From Histomonas meleagridis 2922-C6/04-290x (lineage: Eukaryota > Protista > Parabasalia): a stretch of 64,000 nucleotides of DNA. The stretch is taken from positions 23,310 to 87,309 of the forward strand of contig JAANOX010000193.1 of NCBI GenBank assembly GCA_020184695.1, given 5' to 3'. Each line of letters opens with the position of its first letter. Position 1 is the first letter of the stretch. Positions 11,179-22,176 of the stretch are shown here, piece after piece. Under the pieces are notes generated by a model. That model had not been told where the DNA came from. It searched no databases and worked only from the letters and a program-made list of their open reading frames with translations. A program made the position numbers and the translations under genes.

Positions 11179-14100
11179 ATGGAAGAAAGGGGAAAAGTTG
11201 CGGTTATTTCATTAGATGGAATCCACTCAACAATGTTTCACGCAGCGAGCGTGAATGGACGAACATCAGAACAAATTATTAAAGATAATAAATTAAAAAC
11301 AAATATTATTGGAATTACCACTCCTTACATTCAAAGAGCTCTTGGACCAAATGAAGTCCCGTCTTCTCTATATCCTAAGATTATTCGAACAGATGATTGT
11401 GGAAGGTATAGACTTCCTGCATATTATTTAACAGTAATGAATGAAAATCAAAAAAACAAAATAACATTTTATGTCAACGTCAGGTCAACACAAAAATTTA
11501 AATTTCCAAAATTTCCAGTTACTATAGATCCACAACAATTTTCCGATAAAACACTCAAGGATTTGTTAGAATTCATTGATCACTCATTTACATTTTCACA
11601 CTCTGATTCATCTTTGCAAATTGGAAGTTTTGTTCCACCAGATGATTATCCCGCCAATGAATTATTAAACCAAGCACGGACCAAAAACCTAACTTTAAAG
11701 TGCACATTAAATAAAGAGTACTTAGCCATTATAAATCGTCGGACAGATCTACTTAAAGAACTACATCAAACTGAAAAGCAATTTATCAAATCTCTCAAAG
11801 ACTTCATTTCATACTGGCCATCATGTCTAATGAATGAACATCTTATAACTTTTGATGAAATCATTTATATTTTTAAATTCTACAAAAAATTAATTGAAGT
11901 CCATTCAATTCTTGAACTTGCTTTTGAAGAAAGAGGCACCTTTTTTGACTCAGAATATTCAGATATCTTTTGTGACTTTTCTGAAAACTTTAAAGAGTCA
12001 GTAGACTTTTGCAAAAGTTTAACTAGTGTTGAATCGATGTTTGAAATCAAAAGTCAAAACAAAGCGTGGAATGAGAAACTTGAAGAGATATATAATTCCA
12101 CGCTTAATCCATCCAGTAAGACACTTCTTGAATTTCTTGATTTACCAATTGAGCAATACAATAAATATTTGACATTTTTGTTACAACTTCGTACAGTTAC
12201 TCCTCCAACTCATCCAGATTCAAGACTCCTTACTGAGGTCATTGAGAAGTATCAAGTGCATTACGACTCGTTAAAAGACATCAAACGCCTAAACGAACAG
12301 AGTCCTCAAATTACTTCACTCCAAGATTCACTTCACGGGTTTGTTATTATATCGCCAAATCGTGAATTACTCAAATCTTATAATGTTAAAATCATCGAAC
12401 CCATACCACAAAAAGGCACATTACATTTATTTAATAACTTAATATTACTTACTACCACTAAAATGAGGAAAGAGCAAGTTTTATTTGAACGAAAGTTATG
12501 TGAATTCCGATATAATATTAATGATTCAGTATTAACATTTTCTAAGTCACAACGTCGTTTATTTGATTTTAAGATTGAACTATCGAATAAAGAAGAAACA
12601 AATGAATTAACTAAAATGATTGAAGATTCACAAATCGAAAGTTATAAAGCGAATGGACATTATGATAAAATAATGATATACACGTTATTAAATCTTGATC
12701 AACAACTTCCAAATCTTTCATATCATCAATGTGTTATATATAACAAACATATATATTATTTCGGTGGTAAAAACAACAATGAATATTCACATAATATTAT
12801 TGATATTAACTTAAACACAATGAAACATCAACAAATGGAATGTCCAATTGGAGATTTAATCTATCATTCAGTCGTATCTAACAAAGACAAAATTTATATT
12901 TTTGGTGGATTAAATTCAAATGAACAAATTAGTGAAAAGTTTTGGCAATATACTCCTGCAACTAATGATTGGGAAGAACTTGAATTACCGAGTGAAGGCG
13001 GTAGATATGGTCATACATTAGTGTCGTATGCAAATGATCTTTACTTATTCGGTGGGAGGAATTCAACAAAAGTTTTTGCTGATTTACAGAAATTTGACAC
13101 CATCTCTAAAAAGTGGACAAAAATAGATGTGCCTGGTTCACCTAAACCAAGATACTTCCATACTGCGACAACGAGATCCAACTATATGCTAATATTCGGA
13201 GGAAAAGATAAGGCTAACGTTAGTTTATCGACATTATTTTTATTTGATATCAATACACATCAATGGAAACGTTCAGAAGTTATTGGAGAGCCAATCCAAG
13301 GACGATACCTGTGTCAGTCATTTGCAATACATAAGTGGTTCTTCTGTATGGGCGGCACAAATGGAACGGAAATATTTGAACCATTTTGTGTCTGCTTTTC
13401 CAATACAAGAACAACATCGTACAACTTAAGGTCTGGTGGTAATGACAGGCAAGCTTTACTTAACTTCTCATTATCTGCATATCGCTCATCGATTTATATA
13501 TATGGCGGAATATTAACTGGATCAGAGAATTCATCGAATATGTTATTCAAAGTTGAATTGCCAAACCTTCTGAAGCAATTTGAAGAAAAATCGCGTAATA
13601 CAATAGCTGTAAAACCAATCGAAAACTTTGGCTCTTCAATGATCAAAGGAAGCAAACAATCAAGTGGCGAACATCGAAAGAGGCATTCGCGTGTAATGCG
13701 TCGAAGGTCACATATTGTCACCAATAATCATCCGAAAATTAATTTGGATGATAATGAAACCAATTTACAACTTATGATCAAAAAGGTACCATCACCCAAA
13801 CGACTAGTCGACATGCCAGCACCTTTGGACTCACTGAACCCTGGCAGCATCATCAGCGAGCCAAACCTCAAAGAAAAACGCAAGAAAAAACCGCCGCTAC
13901 CTCCTCGAAGGAAAAGTGACGAAACATTGTCGCAAAACATTGGTGAAGAAAAACGTAAGAAACAACTTATGTCGGATATTTCAGGCGTTCCTCCATTGGA
14001 TATGATCGAAGATTCATATTCAACCGAAAATTCATCAGAAATTAAGTTCGTAAGAATGGCTAAAAGAGGCATTAGAACAATGAGCTCTCAGCCGATAATA

Positions 14101-14703
14101 CCTTTGGTATCATCTGATTCGAATGGAATGTTCCCTCCACCTTTAAGCTCATCTGACGATGAACAACCGCCGCTTTCTGAAAATCCCAAACAGAGTCTGC
14201 CAATATCTATACCACCCCCATTGGGGTCCTCCGACGATGAGGAGAACGTTACGAAAGAGGCCAAAAGCAAAATCTCAAAACCGCCAAAACCGCCGTCAAG
14301 AAAGAGAACTAAAAAGAACAAAGAGAGCACAGGAAAGGGAAAAATTGAGCCCGCAAAATCGTTTAGTAGAGTTACAACATTGCAACAACCGATTCCAAGA
14401 ATTTCAGGCCCTGGTAAAGGAAATGTAGGTCGGATTTCTTTGCCAAGAGGTGGAGCTATACCTGCATTCTCCCCAGGGCGCTTCCCAAATGCTAGAACTA
14501 ACTCAGTTGCTTCGTTGGCAAGAGGAACACAATTACCATCATTCGCTAATGTTAAAACCATCGCTAGAAACTCAAGCTTTACGCTCCCAAGCAATCAAGG
14601 ATTTGGTGGAAATGATGATAACCCAGTCATCCCTGCACCAAGAAAAAGAAATTCATCTTCAATACCAAGAAAACAAAATTCACTTGAAATCGGAGCTCTG
14701 TGA
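11179..14703 (+). CDS. RhoGEF (DH-PH) protein with kelch repeats and a Pro/Ser/basic tail
   Basis: DH-like RRTDLLKELHQTEKQFIKSL and LRTVTPPTHPD; PH-like segment; kelch GG motifs (YYFGG, YIFGG, YLFGG, LIFGG, YIYGG); PPLPPR tail. First ATG is at 11179; the track uses a GTG at 11146. Confidence 0.8.
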   Translation: MEERGKVAVISLDGIHSTMFHAASVNGRTSEQIIKDNKLKTNIIGITTPYIQRALGPNEVPSSLYPKIIRTDDCGRYRLPAYYLTVMNENQKNKITFYVNVRSTQKFKFPKFPVTIDPQQFSDKTLKDLLEFIDHSFTFSHSDSSLQIGSFVPPDDYPANELLNQARTKNLTLKCTLNKEYLAIINRRTDLLKELHQTEKQFIKSLKDFISYWPSCLMNEHLITFDEIIYIFKFYKKLIEVHSILELAFEERGTFFDSEYSDIFCDFSENFKESVDFCKSLTSVESMFEIKSQNKAWNEKLEEIYNSTLNPSSKTLLEFLDLPIEQYNKYLTFLLQLRTVTPPTHPDSRLLTEVIEKYQVHYDSLKDIKRLNEQSPQITSLQDSLHGFVIISPNRELLKSYNVKIIEPIPQKGTLHLFNNLILLTTTKMRKEQVLFERKLCEFRYNINDSVLTFSKSQRRLFDFKIELSNKEETNELTKMIEDSQIESYKANGHYDKIMIYTLLNLDQQLPNLSYHQCVIYNKHIYYFGGKNNNEYSHNIIDINLNTMKHQQMECPIGDLIYHSVVSNKDKIYIFGGLNSNEQISEKFWQYTPATNDWEELELPSEGGRYGHTLVSYANDLYLFGGRNSTKVFADLQKFDTISKKWTKIDVPGSPKPRYFHTATTRSNYMLIFGGKDKANVSLSTLFLFDINTHQWKRSEVIGEPIQGRYLCQSFAIHKWFFCMGGTNGTEIFEPFCVCFSNTRTTSYNLRSGGNDRQALLNFSLSAYRSSIYIYGGILTGSENSSNMLFKVELPNLLKQFEEKSRNTIAVKPIENFGSSMIKGSKQSSGEHRKRHSRVMRRRSHIVTNNHPKINLDDNETNLQLMIKKVPSPKRLVDMPAPLDSLNPGSIISEPNLKEKRKKKPPLPPRRKSDETLSQNIGEEKRKKQLMSDISGVPPLDMIEDSYSTENSSEIKFVRMAKRGIRTMSSQPIIPLVSSDSNGMFPPPLSSSDDEQPPLSENPKQSLPISIPPPLGSSDDEENVTKEAKSKISKPPKPPSRKRTKKNKESTGKGKIEPAKSFSRVTTLQQPIPRISGPGKGNVGRISLPRGGAIPAFSPGRFPNARTNSVASLARGTQLPSFANVKTIARNSSFTLPSNQGFGGNDDNPVIPAPRKRNSSSIPRKQNSLEIGAL

Positions 14704-15219
14704 AGCAAAACAACAAAAATAATTTTAGTTTTTTTAATAAATTGTAAACCACCATGGTTACTTTTTTTGCAAAATGTTCAATTCCAATTTTGGAATTTTG
14801 GTAACTTCAAAGCAAATTGTCGTTTTTTAATTTTTAGCCCTTTACAAGTCACCGAAGAATAATAGTACTTAAATTAGTTTTTAAATATTTCAAAAGAATG
14901 AAAAAGATAATACATAATTTTCATATAAAATTTTATTTGAAAGCTATTTATAAAAAAAATAGTACATTACAATATTTTTATAATAAGTTGTATGTTTTTT
15001 TTCAATTTTAAATCTCTAAATGAAATGATATTGTTTTTTGTTTCTTGTTACTTTTGTAATACCAAAGAAACTGGAAATGAGAATTGTGCATTCATATATA
15101 TTAAAACATAATAATCCATTAAAATTAATATTTATTTTATAAGTTCTATTTTAAAAGTATGTGAATTTTTTGTTTTTATCAATTTCACCTTCGACAAATT
15201 TAAATCAAACAAATAGCAA

Positions 15220-17259
15220 TTACACAAGTCCAAAGCCTTCGCAGTTCTGCAGTGCGAACAACATTTTGTCTCGAAGGATTTTTTCGCTTCTATAGTCCGG
15301 CAGCTGCAGAATATGGAAGCACGTGTGCGCGACAGGAAGCGCATCTGTGCTTGCCGCCTTCTGTATTGTGATCACCATGTTCTTCAGTCCGCCCAATGGC
15401 GCTCTGTCTGTTCCCGTCACAAAGAATAAGAACTTTTTCTTTTCGTCATTTGTCAATGTGCTAAACAATTTCCAAAACCATTTAACACACCTCGAATTCC
15501 TGTTAAACCCATCAGAGTACTTTGCATTCTTTTCTAATTCTTCCCAATCGAATACTTCTTCACCACTTACCAATATATCCATTTCTTCGGGTGAAAATAT
15601 ACTTAAATATTTTTGTTTTAGAACTGTTAATAACCCATTTTTAAAACTATTGAATTGGTTTTTAATCGATTCATTGCAATACCATTCGATGTATGACAAG
15701 ATAAACCTGTCTAAATTTTCATTGGTAACCGCTATTTCAGACCCCCCCGGAACGATATCCTTTTCGACTTTTTGACCGAAGTTATCGACAACCGCCGTGA
15801 ACGTTAAACATAAATCTTCAACGTTTTCCATTTCTTTCATTTGTTTAAAAGAATTCGCGACTTCAGGTTCAATTTCTTCGAAGTCAATCATTTTGATATC
15901 CCATCCCAGAATTTTTTTATATAATAATAAAGGGAATCTAATTGGCAGAACGATATGATTATAAATTGCTAATGAAATAATGACTCCGATCATATTAAAT
16001 AAGTTTAAATCTTCGACGCAAATTTGTTTAAACCAATAATATTTGTTCTTAATAATTACAAACATTCCATAATCAGGTGAAAATATTTTGTGTATTAATA
16101 AATGAAAAAATTCTCTTGATACACCGCCTTGATCAATTCCTTCCTCGCCAATAAATTGCACAGAAATTCGACTTAAAAAATCTTCTTGTGACATTTGCGA
16201 TATTATACGAATTGTATCTCGTACAATATTTTGTCTTGAAATTCGTATCATTTTACTTCGCCCATTATTCCCTTGTAAACCATCCGAATATGCGTGACGT
16301 TTAAATTCGATTGGCAAAATTGCTGGAAAACAAAACACTGAAAGTTTTGATGCTTCAAATATTAAAAGCTCTTTAAGTGGGTCAAAATATGATGCGAAGA
16401 TTTCATTGCTAAAATCTAGTTGCAATGGTGATTCAGAAGTTAAATTGGTGTCCTTAAGAAATTGAATAAATTGAATCGAAGTTTGAATGGATTTATCCAA
16501 AAGTGAACATGTTGAAGTGCTAATTAAAAATAATGAAAATGAGTTTAATACTGTAGTTGTAATGTGACGGAATAGATTTGGCATTGCTGTGATGTTATTA
16601 ACAAAATATGATTTAGAATTCGTGGGTAACATCATGATATGATCCATAAGTGGAACAAGTGTTGACTGGAAATTTGTAGGGGTAATAAAAATTTCAAAAA
16701 TAAAGGAGAAAATAAGTGTACGAATATGATGGAACGAATCAACACATGGGGAGTGTATAAGAGAACTGATCATAAGTTCATAAGATGTATGAAAATTACT
16801 CGATAAAAATTGGCCATGCTGAGGTATCGCCGAAATAAGTGAAAAAAGCTTGGCGTCATCAAGTGAAATATTAGTAAGAGATAAGGGTAAAGAATTACTA
16901 TGAAATGAAAGACCAAATATATCGGGATTTGAAAAGGCTTCATAAGCAAAAACAAAATCTTTGCTGAGGTCAATTTTGTTCTGTACAAGGTCATCGAGAA
17001 ATTGATCAAATAAAACAATAGTAGAAATATATTGTGGATGAATTAAAGTTGGATTAACCCCATAACAAAGGTGATTTGCAGCCACATGATTCCTCGTAAG
17101 TAGAAGAGCTTCATATGCAGCATCTGTCTCTGTTTGGATATTATCGGAGAAATTTGGGCATGAACGACATTTTGATTCTGTACAAAGAATACGATTGCAA
17201 CCATGTAAAAGTTGATTGAAGTATCCAATAGTTATCTCTTCAATTTCTCCTAAACTCAT
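15220..17259 (-). CDS. HECT E3 ubiquitin ligase with N-terminal AZUL-like Zn motif (UBE3A-like)
   Basis: YFNQLLHGCNRILCTESKCRSC at the N-terminus; GEEGIDQGGVSREFF; FVTGTDRAP; catalytic LPVAHTCF; C-terminal GFGLV. Likely ATG at 17259. Confidence 0.9.
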   Translation of the reverse strand: MSLGEIEEITIGYFNQLLHGCNRILCTESKCRSCPNFSDNIQTETDAAYEALLLTRNHVAANHLCYGVNPTLIHPQYISTIVLFDQFLDDLVQNKIDLSKDFVFAYEAFSNPDIFGLSFHSNSLPLSLTNISLDDAKLFSLISAIPQHGQFLSSNFHTSYELMISSLIHSPCVDSFHHIRTLIFSFIFEIFITPTNFQSTLVPLMDHIMMLPTNSKSYFVNNITAMPNLFRHITTTVLNSFSLFLISTSTCSLLDKSIQTSIQFIQFLKDTNLTSESPLQLDFSNEIFASYFDPLKELLIFEASKLSVFCFPAILPIEFKRHAYSDGLQGNNGRSKMIRISRQNIVRDTIRIISQMSQEDFLSRISVQFIGEEGIDQGGVSREFFHLLIHKIFSPDYGMFVIIKNKYYWFKQICVEDLNLFNMIGVIISLAIYNHIVLPIRFPLLLYKKILGWDIKMIDFEEIEPEVANSFKQMKEMENVEDLCLTFTAVVDNFGQKVEKDIVPGGSEIAVTNENLDRFILSYIEWYCNESIKNQFNSFKNGLLTVLKQKYLSIFSPEEMDILVSGEEVFDWEELEKNAKYSDGFNRNSRCVKWFWKLFSTLTNDEKKKFLFFVTGTDRAPLGGLKNMVITIQKAASTDALPVAHTCFHILQLPDYRSEKILRDKMLFALQNCEGFGLV

Positions 17260-17515
17260 GAGTTTTTGGAAAAAAGAAGAGAGATTTGAAATAAAGTTCA
17301 CAAAAATAAACTCTTGAACTTCACATTTGAATGTTTAAATGGTCACATGAAATAAAGTCAATTTTTTGTTATTTTTTTTTATTATAAATGCCTTTGTTCT
17401 CATATTCTTTTTTAAACAAAACAATTTCGAAATGGCTCTTCCAAGTCAAACACTTGTTTGATCAGCTGAAAGAATTTTTATAAAAATTGTTTATTTCAAT
17501 CAAATAAAAACAAAT

Positions 17516-20023
17516 TTAACTTTTAAGTTCATTGGGTTTTGCGTTTGCAGGGAATCCATACAGTTGTCTCAGCGCCATTTTCCCGTTAAATTGTTCGGCA
17601 GCCTTTTGCGGCATTTCGAAGATCGGCTCTAGCTCTTCAAATGTGAATGACTTCTTTGCGAGTTTAATCTGTGCGAACAATCTCTCAGAAGACAAGAAAG
17701 CGTTTGTTGTGAACCAGAATGCCTTTCTGAAGTCTTCTTGGTACAAGTCCTGGAACAGCAAAATGAATGCTTGATTCAAAAGTGTCACGTCATTTGTCAA
17801 AACCTTTGAACCGTTTTCGTTAATTTCTGTAATTTTCGGTATAAATCTCACGAACAAATTAAATACCAATTTTGGCAAGTTAACAAAAGCGAACAAATAT
17901 AATGATTGCGTTAACTTATGTGACAGTAATTCAGACATTAATTTATACGTCTTTAAGAACGACACAATGTTTTCCTCTTGCGGCGATGCGTTGTTTGAGA
18001 ATTTATACGACGCGCCAGTAAATGTTGTTGCGATTGCGTTGTAACATTTGCATCGCATTTCAATGTGTATGAAACAAATACATTTAACGGCAATTGAATT
18101 CGCGTTCTTTAATTCGTTTTGTATTTGTTCATGCAACGTTTTATGGAATAAATTTTTATGCTCGTTAATAATTTTACGTGTTTCAGAAGTGAAATATAAT
18201 AACGACTCAGCAATCGTAGCAAGTAATGGAAGTTGGAAACTTTCGCGAATTGTCTCTTCGATTTCGATCAGTTTCGTACCATTCCATAAATCTTTTTCGT
18301 TCTCTAATTCGAAGTGTTCAAACTGATTTAAGAGTGTTGGCGCTAATGTCGTTTTGCCATCGAAAATCATCGATTGAACAAGTGGATGTCTTTCATAACG
18401 CGAAATATCATTTAAAAGTTTCGCCGAATAAAAGTTATTCGGCTGATTTAATACGTATGTGTTCAATTGTTTTTCACATTCGGTACAAAACAAATGGATA
18501 AGTTCTAATACAATTGTTAACAAAGTGTTTTTGATGAAGTCAAATTGTTCTGATGCATTTGTAAAATGATATATGTTCTTAATATACGTTGGAGTGTTCA
18601 TAAAGATAGGCGCCGAAAAACCGTCGACGTTGATCGTCCGTTGAGTGATTGACACTTTTGTCAGCGGTTCTTTTAAGTCCTGTTTGATCAGCTTTTCGGT
18701 TAGGAGGAGGTCGAACGATAGCTTGTTTTTGAGTTCATCGATTTCACTTCGAAAGTTAAATACTTTGATGACTAAATCACGGAACTTATTCACAAGAGGA
18801 TATATAAGAAGAAAATTAAACTTGGAATGACGTACACCAAGTTTTTGTCGAATATAATTATGGATTTTTCCTTCGGCACCTGAATCATCTTCGGAAACTA
18901 ATTTATAGATTAATTTGTGTGATGATAAATGCTTGTCACCTAATGTTACAGTAAATGCAGTTATTAATGATTTGATTTCAATCGAAAAATTGTTCCATAT
19001 CGGTACAAGTGTCACTTTTTCCTGCCCTGGCAAAAAATGATCGATTTTGTCGCACCGGACGAAAAGAACCCAAATTTTGCAAAGAAGCGCATCGAAGTAA
19101 GCAATAATTGGATTGTTGACTGAGTTGTTTTGATATATATCAACAAATTCGGAAAATAAATCTTTGCTTTCGGCTTTAGATCGAGTGGGCTTGACTTTGA
19201 TCTCTTTAAGGGTATCAACCATGAGCTGAGAAAACAAGGAAGCCATTTTCATGATTAGATCTTCGATAAACTGATTTTGCTCTTGAAGAACAAAAAGAGC
19301 TTGACAACTTTGTTCCATCAAAGGATCAACGCCTATTTGGCTGATTTCGTCTGGTGTTAGTTCAGTGTTGAAAAATGATAGATTAGGTGGCCGTTCAGTA
19401 AAGAACAGTTTTTTGAAGAGATTCTCAAAAATGGTATTAGTGATCTTCCTCTTGCAAGACTCAAGCTTCTTTTTGACATCGTTTAAAGCTGCAAAATTCA
19501 TTTTATCGTTATCTTTAAATATTTGTAAAGCGGTCTGAAGTCTGTTAACTGACTCAAGAATGTTACCATTTTCGAGAAGTTGAATTGAAATTGATGGGGT
19601 TTGAACCAAATATTTGATGACATCGAGAATTTCGATCTCTTTTTGATATTTAAGACTCTTCTTCCAAGGTTGAAGTAATGCTTTGGGATCAATGGTAAAA
19701 CGTTCTTTGGTGAGGTTTACTCTTTTCTCTGATAGTCTTAAAGTTTTTTCAATGTTTTCTGTAATTTGTGCTTTTTGGACAAATGAACTTGCAATTTTAT
19801 TGAGATTTTCACCGTATACAGTGGCAACTTGTTTTGAAATATTTCGTGCTTGGTTAAGGCTTTCTTCAAAATCATTAAGATTATCTTTCCTTTCCCAAAG
19901 TTCGATTGCTTCAATATATTGATTAAAAGTTGGACTTTTGACTTTAGAGTTTTTGTCAATGAATACTTCTATTTGTCTCCAAAGTTTCATTCTATCACTC
20001 GTAGAAGGTTCATTGCTTGACAT
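17516..20023 (-). CDS. SEC8: Exocyst component Sec8/EXOC4-like
   Basis: N-terminal coiled coil with LLQPWKKSLKYQKEIEILDVIKYLVQTP and C-terminal FIHIEMRCKCY, both Sec8-like; ATG at 20023. Confidence 0.6.
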   Translation of the reverse strand: MSSNEPSTSDRMKLWRQIEVFIDKNSKVKSPTFNQYIEAIELWERKDNLNDFEESLNQARNISKQVATVYGENLNKIASSFVQKAQITENIEKTLRLSEKRVNLTKERFTIDPKALLQPWKKSLKYQKEIEILDVIKYLVQTPSISIQLLENGNILESVNRLQTALQIFKDNDKMNFAALNDVKKKLESCKRKITNTIFENLFKKLFFTERPPNLSFFNTELTPDEISQIGVDPLMEQSCQALFVLQEQNQFIEDLIMKMASLFSQLMVDTLKEIKVKPTRSKAESKDLFSEFVDIYQNNSVNNPIIAYFDALLCKIWVLFVRCDKIDHFLPGQEKVTLVPIWNNFSIEIKSLITAFTVTLGDKHLSSHKLIYKLVSEDDSGAEGKIHNYIRQKLGVRHSKFNFLLIYPLVNKFRDLVIKVFNFRSEIDELKNKLSFDLLLTEKLIKQDLKEPLTKVSITQRTINVDGFSAPIFMNTPTYIKNIYHFTNASEQFDFIKNTLLTIVLELIHLFCTECEKQLNTYVLNQPNNFYSAKLLNDISRYERHPLVQSMIFDGKTTLAPTLLNQFEHFELENEKDLWNGTKLIEIEETIRESFQLPLLATIAESLLYFTSETRKIINEHKNLFHKTLHEQIQNELKNANSIAVKCICFIHIEMRCKCYNAIATTFTGASYKFSNNASPQEENIVSFLKTYKLMSELLSHKLTQSLYLFAFVNLPKLVFNLFVRFIPKITEINENGSKVLTNDVTLLNQAFILLFQDLYQEDFRKAFWFTTNAFLSSERLFAQIKLAKKSFTFEELEPIFEMPQKAAEQFNGKMALRQLYGFPANAKPNELKS

Positions 20024-20348
20024 TAAATTATGAAATGTGATATGAAAATAAAAAATTCTATGATAACGATAGAGACTGCTGTTCAAATTAATAAAGTTTT
20101 TGCTTTATCAACTTATTAGGTTTTTTATCCCGCAAATAATTATCTAGAATTAATGATAGTTATCTAAAATTTTGCTATACTTCTGATATATAAAAATCAT
20201 GTTTTTGAATGCCGCGTCTATCTTTATTGACGGCAGTTGTCTTGGTTTAAAGAAAAAAAAATGGATATTCAATATTTTCTATGAGACAATTTGAATTGTA
20301 AAACGTTCTTATTCGATTTGACATATGATATGAAATTATTTTTGGGAA

Positions 20349-21764
20349 ATGGGAGTGGGATATTCTGTAACTAACGAGTTTCTCTCAAATCTCCCAGAAG
20401 ATTTCCCCAAGGAAAGAAAGTTTTTTCACTTTTACAACATCGGAAGTACATGTTATTGTAATGCAATTCTTCAATCACTTTTAGCTTCCAAATATGTCAT
20501 GAATTATTTTGCTAAATATAGTTCTACCATATCAAAAGAAGCAAAGCTTATTCGAAAAACTCCACTGTATAAGTTTTACAAAATTTATGCAAAAACAATG
20601 GATCTTGAAAAGCAAAGTTTCAAGATATCACCTAGAAGCATTCTCAGTGGAGTAAGGAGAGAAACAAGTAGGTTTAAAATTGGCACTCAATATGATGCCC
20701 AAGAATTTTTTATTTATTTAGTAGACTCATTTGACTCAACAATTGACAAAATCAATAAAAATAATCCAGATCAAGACCCTATCCCTCGTTTTTCACAAAT
20801 TTTCGAAATTCAAAAATCACAAATATTCCAATGCTCAAAATGCAAATACAAGCAACAAGTTGACGACTCCTTTACCACTTTTTATGTCAGTTTTGAAGAG
20901 AAAGTTTATAACAAATCTCTCAGTGATTTAATCAAAGATTCATTCAAGAAAGAAGTTCTTAATGGTAAAGACAAATGGAATTGTACCCAATGCAAGAAAG
21001 ATCGCGACGCCACTATTTATTCCAAATTTAAGGTAATTCCCGATAATTTTGTTGTACAGATCCAACGATTTTTTTATGATCGAAACGCAAAAACATTTGC
21101 TAAAGCCTTTAACTATATACAAATCCCATTAAGCCTTGTCCTTGGTGATTATAACTACAAGCTTCGAAGCATCGTCGTCCACATCGGAAGAAACCTTCAG
21201 CTTGGGCATTATATAACCGTTAACCGTTTATATGAAAGCCGTTTATGGATTTTGGCGAATGACTCGAAACTCTTTGTGTCAAATATTACAGAGATAAAAA
21301 ACTTAATTGGATCTTCTTCAGTAAGCTCAAAGAGAAAACCGGTACCATATTTGTTGTTTTATGAAAGAACAGATCCGATTAAAAAAAACAATCCCAAAAA
21401 AAGCGGAAAGAAAAAGCTTAAAAGAAAGAAAACCAAAAAGGAATTCAAAAGCGAAAGCATTATAAGATCTAAAAGTGATGAATCAAGCTCATTTGATATC
21501 AATACAGAATCTTCTATAATTTCATATGGTTTCCAAAGTGAAGAAGAAAGCCAAAATACTACATACGAATCTTTGTCAGAAGAAACAGAGGTCAAAAATG
21601 TTTCTTCAAGCAGTTCTTCAAATAGTTCTTATGAGGAAGAAGAAGAAGAAGAAGAAAAATCGGACACTGAAACATCAAGTAGCGAAGAAGAAGAAGAAGA
21701 GGAGGAAGAAGAATCAATGAGTCAAACAAGTGAAAGTTCGGAATCAACAAATAGTGAAAGTTGA
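20349..21764 (+). CDS. Ubiquitin-specific protease (C19, USP12/46-like) with acidic Ser/Glu tail
   Basis: Cys box NIGSTCYCNAILQSL, QYDAQEF, His box VHIGRNLQLGHY, NDS, YLLFYER. Confidence 0.92.
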   Translation: MGVGYSVTNEFLSNLPEDFPKERKFFHFYNIGSTCYCNAILQSLLASKYVMNYFAKYSSTISKEAKLIRKTPLYKFYKIYAKTMDLEKQSFKISPRSILSGVRRETSRFKIGTQYDAQEFFIYLVDSFDSTIDKINKNNPDQDPIPRFSQIFEIQKSQIFQCSKCKYKQQVDDSFTTFYVSFEEKVYNKSLSDLIKDSFKKEVLNGKDKWNCTQCKKDRDATIYSKFKVIPDNFVVQIQRFFYDRNAKTFAKAFNYIQIPLSLVLGDYNYKLRSIVVHIGRNLQLGHYITVNRLYESRLWILANDSKLFVSNITEIKNLIGSSSVSSKRKPVPYLLFYERTDPIKKNNPKKSGKKKLKRKKTKKEFKSESIIRSKSDESSSFDINTESSIISYGFQSEEESQNTTYESLSEETEVKNVSSSSSSNSSYEEEEEEEEKSDTETSSSEEEEEEEEEESMSQTSESSESTNSES

Positions 21765-22176
21765 AAATTATGTATAAACTTACTATGTGCTGTAAAATTA
21801 TTTCAATGGTTAATTTTTATAAACTTGTGAAAAACATCTTCAAACTGCCTGGGGAATCAAAAGTGACTTTTGGATGAAGGATCCTTTTTAAACCTGGTTT
21901 CGCAACTTTCTAAAAAAAAATGAAGATTATAGCTTGTCCTTAAGCCCAGAAGAAATTTTTTTTCACATACTATTTTTAAAACCAAACAATTTTTCAATAT
22001 GAAATTCATAAGAAGTAAATAGTAGCACTTTTGTGTTTGTAGTATGAATTGTGATGTGAAAAGTGTTCTCCGCCACGCGTTTACGATAGATTTTTGAATA
22101 AACCGATATCGGTTTAATAAATTTGAATTCTCCTCTCAACTGAGAAAGACTCATATGAGTATAAGGTTTGCAACAA

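Noticed and set aside
5020-20000. Short antisense or overlapping ORFs in the track (for example 5135-5482, 14088-14594, 15323-15775)
   Set aside because: They are shadows of long intact genes with no independent motifs.
7880-21764. Functional ubiquitin cluster (DDB1-like, HECT, USP)
   Set aside because: These families are large in parabasalids, so proximity is plausibly chance.
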